Below are positions 12,466 to 23,481 of a stretch of DNA of 47,244 nt, piece by piece. The DNA lies in NCBI GenBank assembly GCA_049999805.1, contig JBNGIO010005797.1:33154-80397 (forward strand), in the 5' to 3' direction. The position numbers and the translations under genes are program-made. Under the pieces are notes generated by a model, which was given only the letters and a program-made list of their open reading frames with translations, was not told the origin of the DNA and searched no databases. The number at the start of each line of letters is the position of its first letter. The stretch's first letter is position 1. Origin of the DNA: Folioceros fuciformis (taxonomy: Eukaryota).

Positions 12466-13739
12466 TCAAAGCCCATACCCAAAAACAGCACGAATCTTGT
12501 GAAAAATCAGGTCCTTCCAACCTCTGGTGGTGTTCTCAACGACAGTTTCGTTGCCGTACCTGTGACACCCCATGCTGCACTTAGTAACGAGCAATACGCA
12601 GCCACTACAATGACTACCTCAGCAAAGAACTACTGACAAGGAAAAGCCTGAACTCACTTATCCTCCTCGGGCACATCAGTTTGAGTTAGTTTCACAACAG
12701 TCACGCCCGTCTCCGGTTCCTCGATGGTCAGACACACCTGCACAGTGTGCGCAGCTCGTTAGAGCCAGACACAAAACCTGCAACCTGCAACTAACTTGAA
12801 GCTTCGCAAAGGCAGTATAAATTGCTCAGATGTGAGCGCTGAAAGGAAGGAAGAATCGACGCTACTTACGTTGGAGTACAGACCATCTCGCCAGTTGGCA
12901 AACCGCCACTTCTGCATGATTAGCTTATTTAATTCAAGCTTGACATAAATGCCCTCAACGGCTCCATCAAATAACAGAAACCTGCCACCAACTTCAGGGC
13001 TGATTTGGGCCCTGCTTCGGGTAAAAGCCTTCCAGCTCTTTTCATCCAGCATAATGTCGTAGATATCACTCGCACGGCAGTGAAAACTTTCTGTCAGCAA
13101 AATAGTTCTGAAACCCTCCTTTCCCTTCGGCTTAGGAGCAGAAGAGACCTTGGCTTCCAAGGAGGTCTTAATGGAATTGTTTCCGCCGTCATACTGGGAC
13201 CTTGCGCCTCCTTTCTGCTCCAACTCTTCTTTACATGGGCCACCCACCTTCATATGCTTGACGTATTCCGCGACTCTGGCAAAAATGATGGGCTTGCCTT
13301 TGGCTACAAACGCCTCTTTCAGTCGCTTCCCCACCGGCGTCTCATCAGCAATAGTCACTTTCAGCTCAGGATCTTCATCCGCATTCTCGTCAGCAATGTA
13401 AGGCATTTCAACCTTTCCCGCAACCTTGGCAAGACTGTTTCCACTACCATCTTTCGCTTCCCCCTCCCAGTTTAGCCTCACCTTCAACTCGTAACCTGGA
13501 ATAACCTTCCCCTTCCTGATGTTCACGTAGGATTCACCCGTAACGCTCTCTAGTTTTGCTGTCTTAATCCAAAGACCACCTTCTCCATTGAGCACGTCAA
13601 TGTTCTCCAGTAGTTCACCAAAACGCTTGCGAGACCATTCCAGGCAGTCTTTCTCGGCCCAATGCCAGTTGTGCACATTGGTGCCATCCGCTCTCTCCTG
13701 GACAATCCAACGCTTATCCCCTTCCCCGTACTTCGCCAT
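12466..13739 (-). CDS. AHA1: Activator of Hsp90 ATPase 1 (Aha1_N + AHSA1 domains), 3 exons
   Basis: MAKYGEGDKRWIVQERADGTNVHNWHWAEKD and NIRKGKVIPGYE signatures; downstream exons VCLTIEEPETGVTVVKLTQTDVPEED and YGNETVVENTTRGWKDLIFHKIRAVFGYGL*. Confidence 0.95.
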
Positions 13740-14654
13740 GGATATTCAAGTGAAGAGCCAACTCCACGCGCACTACTCCAGGCACGTGCTGCTTAGAAGC
13801 GCACCTAACACGCGAAGACGTCGCAGAGCAACTCAACGAGAGATCTTGGAAAATGCAGCTCAACCTAACAACACGACCAGCATAACTAAAGGCGCGTCCC
13901 GTTAGAGCATCCACGCCTCGCGCACTCACCAAAATGCTGCGCTTCGATCGTGCCTTCGGCTCTCTCTCCCTGAAAAACCAAGACACTCAGCGTTCCGAAA
14001 CCTGCAGGCTTCCTCACTGAGTTCTCCGCACAACCAACACGACTCTGAGACTCCCATCTCCAACGAAAAACAGAAGCGACCCGATCCGCCTGACTTGAAC
14101 ACTGACCAAAACCTAAACTGCAGACCGCACGTTCCGGTTCCGACTCGAGCAACAAAGCAACGACTTAATGCGGCACCAATGCAAACATTGTGAAAACGCA
14201 AGCCCGAGGGCAATCCCCGAAGTGACCGCGAAAATCGAGACCAGTATCGAGCCGGAAGGCAACCAACCTAGCCGTCAGCTACTACTACCGCAGCAGCAGC
14301 AGCAGCAGGCAGAAGAAAACGAGCAACATCACCGTGCGGTAACGTCCGCTGCAGGCGCTGCCTAGACCTACCTCCAATCTCGTCATGCCACCCGCTCGCC
14401 AGGATGCCGATCCCTCACGAAGCCTCCTCAGAGCCGATCACTGAGCCGGCACGCCTAGGAGGGCGACGAAGACAATTAATCTGCCGAAACAGGATGCTCC
14501 TGCATGTTCTGGAAGGTTCAAAGGCCGCTTCCTGAAACATGACCGACTCTTGGTCTCCCGCTAAATGATGCAGTTTTTACTGCGACTTCAAAAGGCGAGT
14601 CTACTTTTGTCGACCACAAAAATTACTGAAGGAGAAAACTACTAGTAAATTAAA

Positions 14655-14659
14655 TGACG

Positions 14660-14691
<32 letters not shown>

Positions 14692-14734
14692 TGGAGCCTA
14701 AATCCAGCGCCTTAGACCACTCGGCCAAACCGTC
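14655..14734 (-). tRNA. tRNA-Leu: tRNA-Leu (anticodon UAG)
   Basis: Reverse complement GACGGTTTGGCCGAGTGGTCTAAGGCGCTGGATTTAGGCTCCAGTCCGAAAGGGCGTGGGTTCAAATCCCACAGCCGTCA: acceptor stem, A box, anticodon stem CTGGA/TCCAG with TAG, long variable arm, B box GTTCAAATCC, T-rich 3' flank. Confidence 0.97.
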
Positions 14735-15184
14735 TTGGTGTCGACAATGAAATTCAAAAAGTATTTATACTATGTAATAGTTTTCAGCTTTCTAAAAGAA
14801 TAGATTTGAAATTCTCAAGTCTTTTAAAAATCTACTTTTCAGAGCCAACGAGACGTGGGAGGAAACCGTCTACGCATCTTTCTAGCGGACTGGGCTGCAC
14901 CACACGTAACTGTGGACCCCTTTGTCAGGAACTCTAAGACCTGGGTACCAAACTCACGTCAAGGTACGTACATGAAGTGCTCCCTTTGCGCCTGCTGTTG
15001 ACAACAGTTAGGGATGTACCTGGTTTGCAAACCATGCGAATCCATCTTGTGGTGATGGTCTGCATCTCCGGGAGACGCAGCTATGTTCCTAGTGAAAATC
15101 ATCGAGCAAGTCTCCAGCTTCTCGAAACACAGCGCCTTACGAGAGCCGTACCAAGAGATGGTATTCACTGGATTTGAAGGCAAA

Positions 15185-16836
15185 TCATGCACCTCTAGAG
15201 GCAGGCAGTATGTTCAATGCAACATCCTTCAGAGAAGGCATTGCAGATTGCTCGTGCACTACTATGTAGTCGTCATCCACTCTTCGCAGAACCTGCCACG
15301 GACCGGGGTAGGACCTGCACGGGAATCACACTCTAACCATGATATCATCCCTTTTCAGCCTCCGATGTCCATCCACGGTTTCAAAGGAGGCTAACCTGAA
15401 TAGTGCTCCTCCCTGGCTGCCTTTGAAGTTGTGGATGTAGTATGCCGTCTCAAACCTAGGTAGGAAGCTTTTCGACAGGGCTGCAAGCTTCGGGTAGAAG
15501 AAGGACGGATAGTCTGGCCCAGCTGTTGTTAAGAAGGACACAAGCCACAGCGTCCCACCATTGTGTTGCTCTACGACGGGCTGTCTGCAAGCTGACATCA
15601 CAACAAGGTTGTCCAATACCTAGCGGCGTTTACTGAAGGATACAACCGCTTCTTATTCTGTCCAGCTCCCCGTTGAAGACAATGATAGGGCGACCTGAGG
15701 ACTCTGCGGAGTCCTGAAAGAGCTCCTCCACAGCCAGCATTTCTGGATAGCACAGTAGCGCGAACATGTCAGCAGGTGGACGGATGTGGGAGGTAGATTC
15801 CAGCTCACAGCATGTTTTAAGTAGAACTTCACCGTTCACATTGAAGGAAGGGTAAGCCACCACAAACATCTTGTCACTGGGTTTTGCACGGTCGGCCATC
15901 CTCAACTTCTTGCCGAATCCACCGAGCCCGAAGTCCTCCAATCCGGAGGGCCTGGTTAAGAAGTCCAGTTGAAACGTGGTTCCCTCAAACTCACCAGCTC
16001 TAGCCACATCAACCTCGTTTGCATCTGGCAAAAACTGCACAGGCAAGGCCTCAGTTCTGCCCTACATGAGTGAGAGGGCAGCAGGAGCACGTTCCAGACT
16101 CACTACTCTCGTCGCCGCTGCTTTCTGGGTTGGCACCAGAGCCTCGCAAAAACTCCGGATGAAACCGATGTTCTTTGACATTTCAATTCCTCCCTCGGCA
16201 TCACCTGCCAAGCGTTCTCATGTTCTCATGAAATCTTGCGTCTTCCGTCGCATGATCCGATCTTACATCCAGTGAAAAATGTAGCGGCAAGGTGGCTCAT
16301 TCACCTGGAACGGAGCTAAGGCCAGCAGTGGGGAACTCGATTTCCTGTGATCAAGCGCACGGAACAGCTTGTTTCGTTGACATGGTGAAACGAAGTGGCA
16401 CACAAAGTAGAAGGCGGACGAGCAGGCACAGGCGGAGAAGACCAGTAATTTCTTGGAGTCTGCAAGCGCGGCTTTGGAGGCGTCTGTGACCTGGGATGGC
16501 GGACGACGAATTCAGTATGGCGAGAAAGAGTGCACCAGAGAGAAAAAGGCCTGCATTTTTGTGACAACATATCAAGGTGAACTCACCTGTCGAATGAGCT
16601 GGTCATAATCGGAAGGGAACTGCACTGCTGCTCGTGGCAGCAATGGCAATCGCGAACAGTCATTATATCTCCGTGGCGGCAAACGTTGCAGCTTGCAGTT
16701 GCTCCGATGGCTCAGCTGGAGGGAGTCGGGCAGGCATTCAATCTGTAAGATGCATGAAGGGAAACAACGTAGAAATGGCAGTCCACAATTGGGGCAAACG
16801 TACCGAAGGCGGGAAGGGCGAGGATAAGGTACCCAT
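15185..16836 (-). CDS. LPA3: LOW PSII ACCUMULATION 3-like DUF1995 chloroplast protein, multi-exon
   Basis: Spliced: MGTLSSPFPPS/IECLPDS..VQFPSDYDQLIRQ/VTDASKAALADSKKLL/EIEFPTAGLSSVP/GDAEGGIEM../FLPDANEV..AYPSFNVN/EMLAVEEL..IIVFNGELDRIRSG/YYPSFFYPKLAALSK..IHNFKGSQGGALFR/SYPGPWQV..MPSLKDVALNILPASRGA*. Start codon is inferred. Confidence 0.88.
15514..15643 (-). other. U12-type (minor spliceosome) GT-AG intron in LPA3
   Basis: 5' splice site GTATCCTT; branch-point-like TTCTTAAC about 15 nt before CAG; removal restores RIRSGYYPSFFYP. Confidence 0.85.
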
Positions 16837-17116
16837 CGTCAAGTTTCTGTGACAGAGTTGTCTGATTGAACACTACATGGATACTGCAACTGGGAATGAA
16901 CTCCTGGGCCGTGCGTTTGGGCCCGTTTCCTACTACAGTACGTGCATCTATTGCGCAGACAAACCCGATCAAGGAGGAAGCCGCTGTCAATCACGTCTAG
17001 TAGGTTTAATGCTTGCAGATGGAACAGGCATCGTGCCCGGCCTTGAACCTAGATACATCCGGACTCTTGTCCCAGTCCTAAAGACACCCTGCTGTCAACC
17101 ACATTTGGCAGATGCG

Positions 17117-17220
17117 TTGGGCTTCACTCTTGGCGTATGCAGCAGGACTTTTGGGCTTCAGTCTTGGCGTATGCAGCAGGACTTTTGGGCTTCAGTCTTG
17201 GCGTATGCAGCAGGACTTTT
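17117..17220. repeat. Minisatellite, 3 x 34 nt (TTGGGCTTCAGTCTTGGCGTATGCAGCAGGACTT)
   Basis: Near-identical copies at 17117, 17151 and 17185. Confidence 0.95.
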
Positions 17221-17760
17221 ACTGTACCAGCTTGCTGCACTGCGTGATTTGGAGATTGTAAATGTGGAGAATGTCTCTTGTTGGGATGACAAGAGATCGC
17301 TTGGTTGTCCGGTTGATCGTGTGTGGATGCTGTGAGTAACATTCCGGACGGAATGGAGAAGACCTGATGGAGCAATATCCTTCCCACCGACCCACCTCCC
17401 CACCTCATGTTTGCAGACAGCTGTTTCTTCCAGCTCCCCGTCGAGTCACGGATGTTGCTCATGCCACCGACATTTACTGTACCTATTTCTCTATCCGTGA
17501 CGATGCAGGGCATCCACAGCTGAAAGGATTCTTCTCGCTTCGGTCCACTTACTGTGCAACTTACTGCCATGACGGAGACCCATCACCGAACATGAGATCA
17601 GAAAGGAAAGGACAAGGGCGTGCAAGAAATACGGACTGTTTCGAAGCAGCCCTTGCGTTGGGCGAGCACAGATCTGCTCACCTACTCTCCCAGTGAAGCA
17701 CGGCTCAAGGATCAGGCTGCCCGAGGAACAAACAGTGTCAGAAATCAGCCCAAAACCTCT

Positions 17761-19605
17761 TCACTGTGCTCTGGATCTCACGGATCTCCGCTTCGTGTAG
17801 AGATTCGCCAGTCTTGCATGCTCCCGGGCAGTCGAGACAAGCTCGAGAGGAAAGATGGTTTCACTCGTCGACTTCAGAGCCTTAAAGCCAAGAAACGATG
17901 ATATCCTGTTTAGGCAAGCAGACTTGTCCACACCCCCTTCCTGCACCCTTCTGCGCTTGTAGGCAGGATCAAACACCAGCAATGGAGTCGACCCCGACAA
18001 ATGACTAGCCAGGAAGTTGATCGCAATGTCATCACATCCCTGCACCTCGTCTACGTAGTCTCTCAATTCCTGCTAGCACACAACTACCATGTTGTCAACC
18101 AAACCACGCTTCCTTCCCACAAACAAAACACCCAACAAGAGCAGCACCTGAGGAGCATCGCACGTATACGCTCTGAAGTAGTCCGCATGCATAACCATGC
18201 CCCCATCCGACGTGACCAAGGAATACCCCCTCCCGGGCTTCCCATACACCAACTCCCCAGACCCGATATCCCTCGAATACGCAGCCGCAGAGAACCCCAC
18301 AACCCGGTACGAGTCCTTCTTCCACGCATGAAACGCAGCCATGAGCGCGGCCTTGCCAACCCTTACCACCGAATCCACCACCAAAACACAAGCAGTCCCG
18401 AGGTTCGCAATGGGCCTGAACTTATCATTCAAGCTGATCCTCCCGGAATATTTCACATCCACAGGAGTCCGCAGCCCAAAATCCTTAGGATCCTCAGGCA
18501 AGGTCTTAGGCGATCCCCAAACCACAAACATCCTCTCCACCACATCCATCGTATCATAATGCTCCAGCACCCCTTTCAAACTCGCCATCCCCTCCTCCCC
18601 GCCCTCCCCAAAGAAGACCACCACAGAGAGCTGCTCCAATCCGGCTCCCGCCTGACTGTACGCCATGAAATCTCCCATACACAAAGCACTATGCCTCAAC
18701 ATCGGCCGGGACAAGCCACCACCAACTTCCGTCCCATTCGCAGCCTCCCACCGCAGCATCATCCGAAATGCATCCCACCACATCCCATCATATCTCCTCG
18801 TGCTCGGCTGCCTCGGGTCCTGCACCAAGTTCCAGGGCTTCCCCAGCCCCGAGAAATGCAGCACCAGGAGTTTAGGCTCCACCCACGCGTCCCAGGTGGA
18901 GAACTGCGACACCCGCACCAGGGCATTATACCCGTAGTGCAGCTTCCCTCCCTCCCGATACCAGTCATGGAAGTACTCGTTCAGGAATCCCTGGTCCCCC
19001 ACATTGGGCGACGGGAGCAAAGAAACCTTTCCCAGCATGTCCTCAAAGACGCTTGCATTGGGGTGCAGAACCATGAGCCCGCTGTTAAATCGGTCTGGTG
19101 GCAGGCTGTCGGGCACCGCGGTGAGCTGGGGGCGGGGGCCCAGGAAGAGGTGGTCCAGGCTCCGCAGCACCAGCATGTCCGCGTCCAGGTAGACGATGCG
19201 GCGGTAGTCCGTCATCCCCCAGAGCTTGAGCTTGGAATACCTGCACGGCTTGGCGATGGCGGCTCGGGCCTCCGTCACCCGCCACGGATACTCCACGGGG
19301 TTCCCCACCCGGTGCACAGTCCCCCCCAACGCGCGCAGCCTGGCCCCCACCCGCTCCGAGACCTCCGGCATGGTCAGCACCACAATCTGTTTCGTCGTGC
19401 CCGTCTGCCGCAAGGAAAACACCAGCACTGCCGCCGCCTCCTCCATCGCGTCGTTGCACAGCAGGGTCGCGTACGCCTCCCTACTCCCAGCCCCTTCCTT
19501 CCCCACCGCCTCCACTGCCGGCGTCGCCGCCCACTGGAAGAAAGCATACCCCGCAGCTGTGATCTGCAGCAGCAGGGCCAGACCCACTACCCACCGAGCC
19601 TCCAT
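17761..19605 (-). CDS. Membrane-anchored two-domain glycosyltransferase: GT8 (glycogenin/IPUT1/PGSIP-like) fused to GT64 (exostosin C-terminal-like); ~588 aa; intron 18070-18147
   Basis: N-terminal TM (WVVGLALLLQITAAGYAFF). GT8 motifs REAYATLL, YSKLKLW, IVYLDAD, FNSGLMVL, GDQGFLNEYF, HFSGLGKPW. GT64-like SLNDKFRP, AFHAWK..RVVGF, LRDYVDEVQGCDDIAINFL, KSACLN. Confidence 0.88.
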
Positions 19606-19772
19606 CGCGCCTGCTTCTCCCTGCCCCCCTTCTCCTCTTCTCCTGCTCCTCCTCGACGTCACTGGCACGCAAAGAGAGCTTTAATACCTCCTCGTGTGCT
19701 CCTTCCACTGCCGGCTTCCTGTTCTTCCTTTGAGGCTTGAATTGCGCTCGGGAAGCGGGCCTTCTTGGCACG

Positions 19773-21497
19773 ATGTTTATCGCGACCTGCTGCGCCGCCT
19801 GCTGCGCTTCCTACGCCTGCGCGGGGATCCGGGGCATAGCCGAGGGGATCTCGAAGCGGTTTGCCCGCCTTGCCTACTGCGGGCTCTTCACACTCTCGCT
19901 GATCCTGGCGTGGCTGGGTCGGGACTTCGCAGGGCCGTTGCTCCACAAAATTCCATGTGGGTGTGTGAATTATGCTGCTGTTCGTGCTATGCAAGCGCAA
20001 TTTTTAAAGAAACGGTCGGTGGGTGTTGCAGGGATCAATGTCTTCACCGACACTCCCAGCGACGAGTGGTTTGCGACGCAGGCGGTGCTGCGCGTGAGCT
20101 TTGGGAGCTGCCTCTTCTTTTTGACTCTCGCCGTGTTGATGATCGGCGTGCACTTCCAGAATGACTTCAGAGATCCGATCCACCATAGGGGATGGATGTT
20201 CAAATTCGTCGTCTGGTTTCTCATGATGCTGCTCATGTTCTTCCTGCCCAATGCCGTTGTGGACGCCTATGGTAATGCAGAATGCAGCAGAGTTTTTGTT
20301 CTGGGCCCAATGTGTAGGAGGTTGATCAATTAAGGTGTACTTTTCGCAGGAACGGTATCGAGATTCGGATCTGGGTTGTTCCTCTTGGTGCAAGTGCTCA
20401 TCCTGCTGGACTTCACCTACAATTGGAACGAGGCCTGGGTGGCAAAGGATGAGCGATTATGGTAACTGTGTATGTAGACTTTGAGCACATACAGGCTGTG
20501 AACATTCGGATGTGTGGCAAGCATGTTCGTAAGCTGAATTTGCGCTTCTGCATTCAGGTATGGTGCGCTGCTGGCAGTGTCTCTGCTGTGCTACGCTGCC
20601 AGTTTTGTGCTCTCAGGTTTCCTGTTCTTCTGGTTCACTCCCGCTGGCCAGGACTGCCAGCTAAACATCTTTTTCATAGTTTGCACTCTTGTGTTTGGGC
20701 TGGCCTTTAGTATGGTCTCTCAGTTACCCATGGTATCTCCACCACTCTGGCAGTGTACGGTTCTGACTGCTGCTCACCACATCGCTGTTCCATTCCTGAT
20801 GATCACATTCCTGTGCCCTGAAACTGTAACAGGTGAATGGCAGCCTTCTGCCAGCTTCCGTGGTTGGTCTCTACTGCACCTATCTCTGTTACAGTGCCCT
20901 GTCCAGCGAGCCTCAGGACTACGCCTGCAATGGGCTCCATAAGCATGCGGGAGGAGTGTCTACTGGAACTCTGGTGATGGGCATGATCACCACTCTCCTT
21001 TCACTTGTCTACTCTGCTGTGCGAGCCGGATCTTCCACCACCTTTCTGTCTCCACCTTCGTCACCAAGGGGTCAGTCTCAGTCACCTTCACCCATGTGCC
21101 CATTCGAGCAGCCTGCCAGCCAAGGTCCAGGAATGAGTCTTAATTACTTACTTACTTACCTCTGAGCTACGAATGGTATGTGCTTGTTTCAGCTTCCCGC
21201 AAGCCATTGCTGTCCTCAAACGAGGAGGAGGACGATGTAGAGGAGGGGAAAAAAAGCGAGGTGGCACAACCTGTCACCTACAACTACTCCTTCTTCTACC
21301 TCATCTTTGCACTGGCAAGCATGTACTCAGCCATGCTTCTCACCGGCTGGGGCAACGCTGCCGCATCAGAGGAGGACATCATCGACGTAGGCTGGCCAAC
21401 AGTCTGGGTACGCTTCTGCACAATATGGATTACCGCTGGGCTCTACGTCTGGTCCCTGGTCGCTCCAGCCATATTCCCAGACAGAGATTTCTCTTGA
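19773..21497 (+). CDS. SERINC: Serine incorporator (Serinc/TMS membrane protein), 6 exons
   Basis: MFIATCCAACCAS..ISKRFARLAYCGLF; AVLRVSFG; RDPIHHRGWMFKF; SRFGSGLFLLVQVLILLDF; NGSLLPASVV..YSALSSEP; YNYSFFYLIFALASMYSAMLLTGW; WSLVAPAIFPDRDFS*. Confidence 0.95.
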
Positions 21498-21849
21498 AGC
21501 CCTCGCCCCCTCTCCTGCTGCACAAGGTCACACAGTACAGTCCCGCCCGACACACTTGGCATGGCCAAGCCCGTGAAGAGTGTACATAGCATACTGCCTT
21601 CTTTTTGTGCACGTTTTGAGCGAACAAAACTCTCCTGTAAATGCAAGTCTGTGTCGTTTTACGATGTTCACAGTCTCACCCCAAGACAAGAAAAGTGCTC
21701 CAATGAATAATAGTACCTTGCAGAGGTAGCTGGGACCCGGGATGACATCACACGCTTCCACCGGTATTCCACGCAGAATCCGCTCCCCCGTCGCTTAAAC
21801 CTCATCAGCAAATTAAGGCGCCTGCTCCCCGTACTGCTCCTGCACTGGG

Positions 21850-22343
21850 AACCCCGAGGCGCCGTGCGGCCGGCAACCTCCTCTCCATTCCTGGCGATCA
21901 TTTCCTCGTTTATCAGCGATCGATCACACGGGGGCGTAGCTCGCGGGATTCATCTCCGACTGTTTCCTGCAGTTTGCTTTAGGGTACCTGATTCATTGGA
22001 TGTCAGATTTCTACACACATTGTACACTTGTGATCTTCGTTGCCTTTCATGCGGTGCCATGCGCTGCTTGATAGCCGCGGTTTGGGAACCTAGGGTTTGG
22101 ACTTGTGATTTTTACTATTCATTATTGTATCTGTAATAAGAGAACGAGCCGAGCTGAGCCGCGCCGAGCCCAGCCGAGCCAAGCCTGTTACCTCAAGAAT
22201 TGGAAGAAACCAAAAAACAAGCCGTAAGTAACCTCACTTGCCTTGTGGATTGAGAGCATGGAGGACGGAGAGGATGTGATTTGCAGCGAAGGAAGGAGAG
22301 CGGCCGGCAGTCACGGCTGCCGGCCGCACGGCGCCTCGGGGTT
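21850..22343. repeat. Perfect 26-bp inverted repeat (21850-21875 / 22318-22343) enclosing ~440 bp that includes a (GAGCC)n tract
   Basis: AACCCCGAGGCGCCGTGCGGCCGGCA is the exact reverse complement of TGCCGGCCGCACGGCGCCTCGGGGTT. Confidence 0.9.
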
Positions 22344-22745
22344 TGCAGCCACACGCGCAGTTCGATGACCAGGCGTCCTAATTTCCTGCTGGAGGATTAG
22401 GGGACGGGATGCCATTGGATGCAAGTCCGAAGGCAGGATTCATGGCGCTCAAAGTCTTCCAAGACAGAATGTACATACTATACGTAGTCTTTGGCGGAGG
22501 TGGGGCCGATTGCCGACTTAAAAAACCCTTGCAGTCTCTGATTAAAGATGTCTGCACAAGTACGCTATGACAACAGCCAACACGCCAAGAGGCCAAGAGC
22601 TGCAGGCAGCGGGCCTGCCCACCTACACAAAGCACAGGACCAGGTGGAGGACATCAAAAGTTTGGAGACATGTTGAGGAAATGCATGGCAGGGCCAGCGC
22701 AAATCATATGACAAAAGTGTGATAAGGTAAGGCAGGCGTGAAGCA

Positions 22746-22833
22746 AGGGGGAGGCAGCATTTCAGAGGTGCAGGACTTGCAGGCCAAGGAGGGGGAGGCA
22801 GCATTTTAGAGGTGCAGGACTTGCAGGCCAAGG
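22746..22833. repeat. Direct tandem duplication, 2 x 44 nt
   Basis: AGGGGGAGGCAGCATTT(C/T)AGAGGTGCAGGACTTGCAGGCCAAGG twice, one substitution. Confidence 0.9.
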
Positions 22834-23156
22834 AAAATCGAAATTCGGTCCGTATGTAGCCAGATCTCTCCCACGGGATGGTACCATAGGTGTGAGGCGC
22901 CCATGGCAGAGGCATGTGCGTCTCTAAGCGTCTCCAATCGCAAGTCCCGAAAGCGCCATGTACGGGAGATGCTCAGCTGCCAAAAAGCAAGCGAGGTATC
23001 TTCTCGTTTTTGTCCACCCTTCTCTCTCTCTGGATAACCTCCTAACCAGGCTTGTTGAAATTCGCTAATCAAGAAACGATCGCTGCAAATGCGTGGTCGT
23101 CCCCCTTCCCGCTTATCCACTCACTCCGTCTCCATGTCACACGCGCAGACCGGGGC

Positions 23157-23164
23157 TATAAATA
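23157..23164 (+). promoter_or_regulatory. TATA box (TATAAATA) upstream of the candidate pri-miRNA
   Basis: Canonical GGGGCTATAAATACG in GC-rich context ~200 nt before the hairpin, with no credible downstream CDS. Confidence 0.55.
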
Positions 23165-23356
23165 CGCCAGCTTACTTGTTCAATTTTCGGGCGAGCAAGG
23201 AGTGCAGCCTTCTCGAGGCCAGCGTTGCGTGCCCTCCTTGCATCGCCTTGCGTTGCGTCTCGAGCTCTGTGTTGCGTTGCGTGTCGTGCCCAGTGTTGCG
23301 TTGCATTCCGAGCTTGCTGCGCGTAGCGTCCTGTCATGTCGCTTCGGTGATTGATT

Positions 23357-23481
23357 GCTGAGGGAGGAGAGCAGCCTTCTATCTCTGAAATCTTCTGGAA
23401 GCTGCGGTTCCCAGCGGTCGTCTCTCCCACTCCCGCTCCCTGCAGATTTCAGAGAAAGAAGGCTACCTTCCTCCGATCGGC
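23357..23481 (+). ncRNA. Candidate pre-miRNA hairpin (family not recognised)
   Basis: 23373-23393 AGCCTTCTATCTCTGAAATCT pairs with 23444-23464 AGATTTCAGAGAAAGAAGGCT (20/21), plus an imperfect ~16-nt lower stem (GCTGAGGGAGGAGAGC / ACCTTCCTCCGATCGGC). Confidence 0.6.

Noticed and set aside
14168-14365. 65-aa poly-Gln ORF between AHA1 and the tRNA
   Set aside because: Driven by a (CAG)n microsatellite; no homology cue or splice support.
18001-19740. 579-aa plus-strand ORF
   Set aside because: Antisense shadow of the GC-rich GT8-GT64 CDS; His/Pro/Arg-biased with no recognisable motifs.
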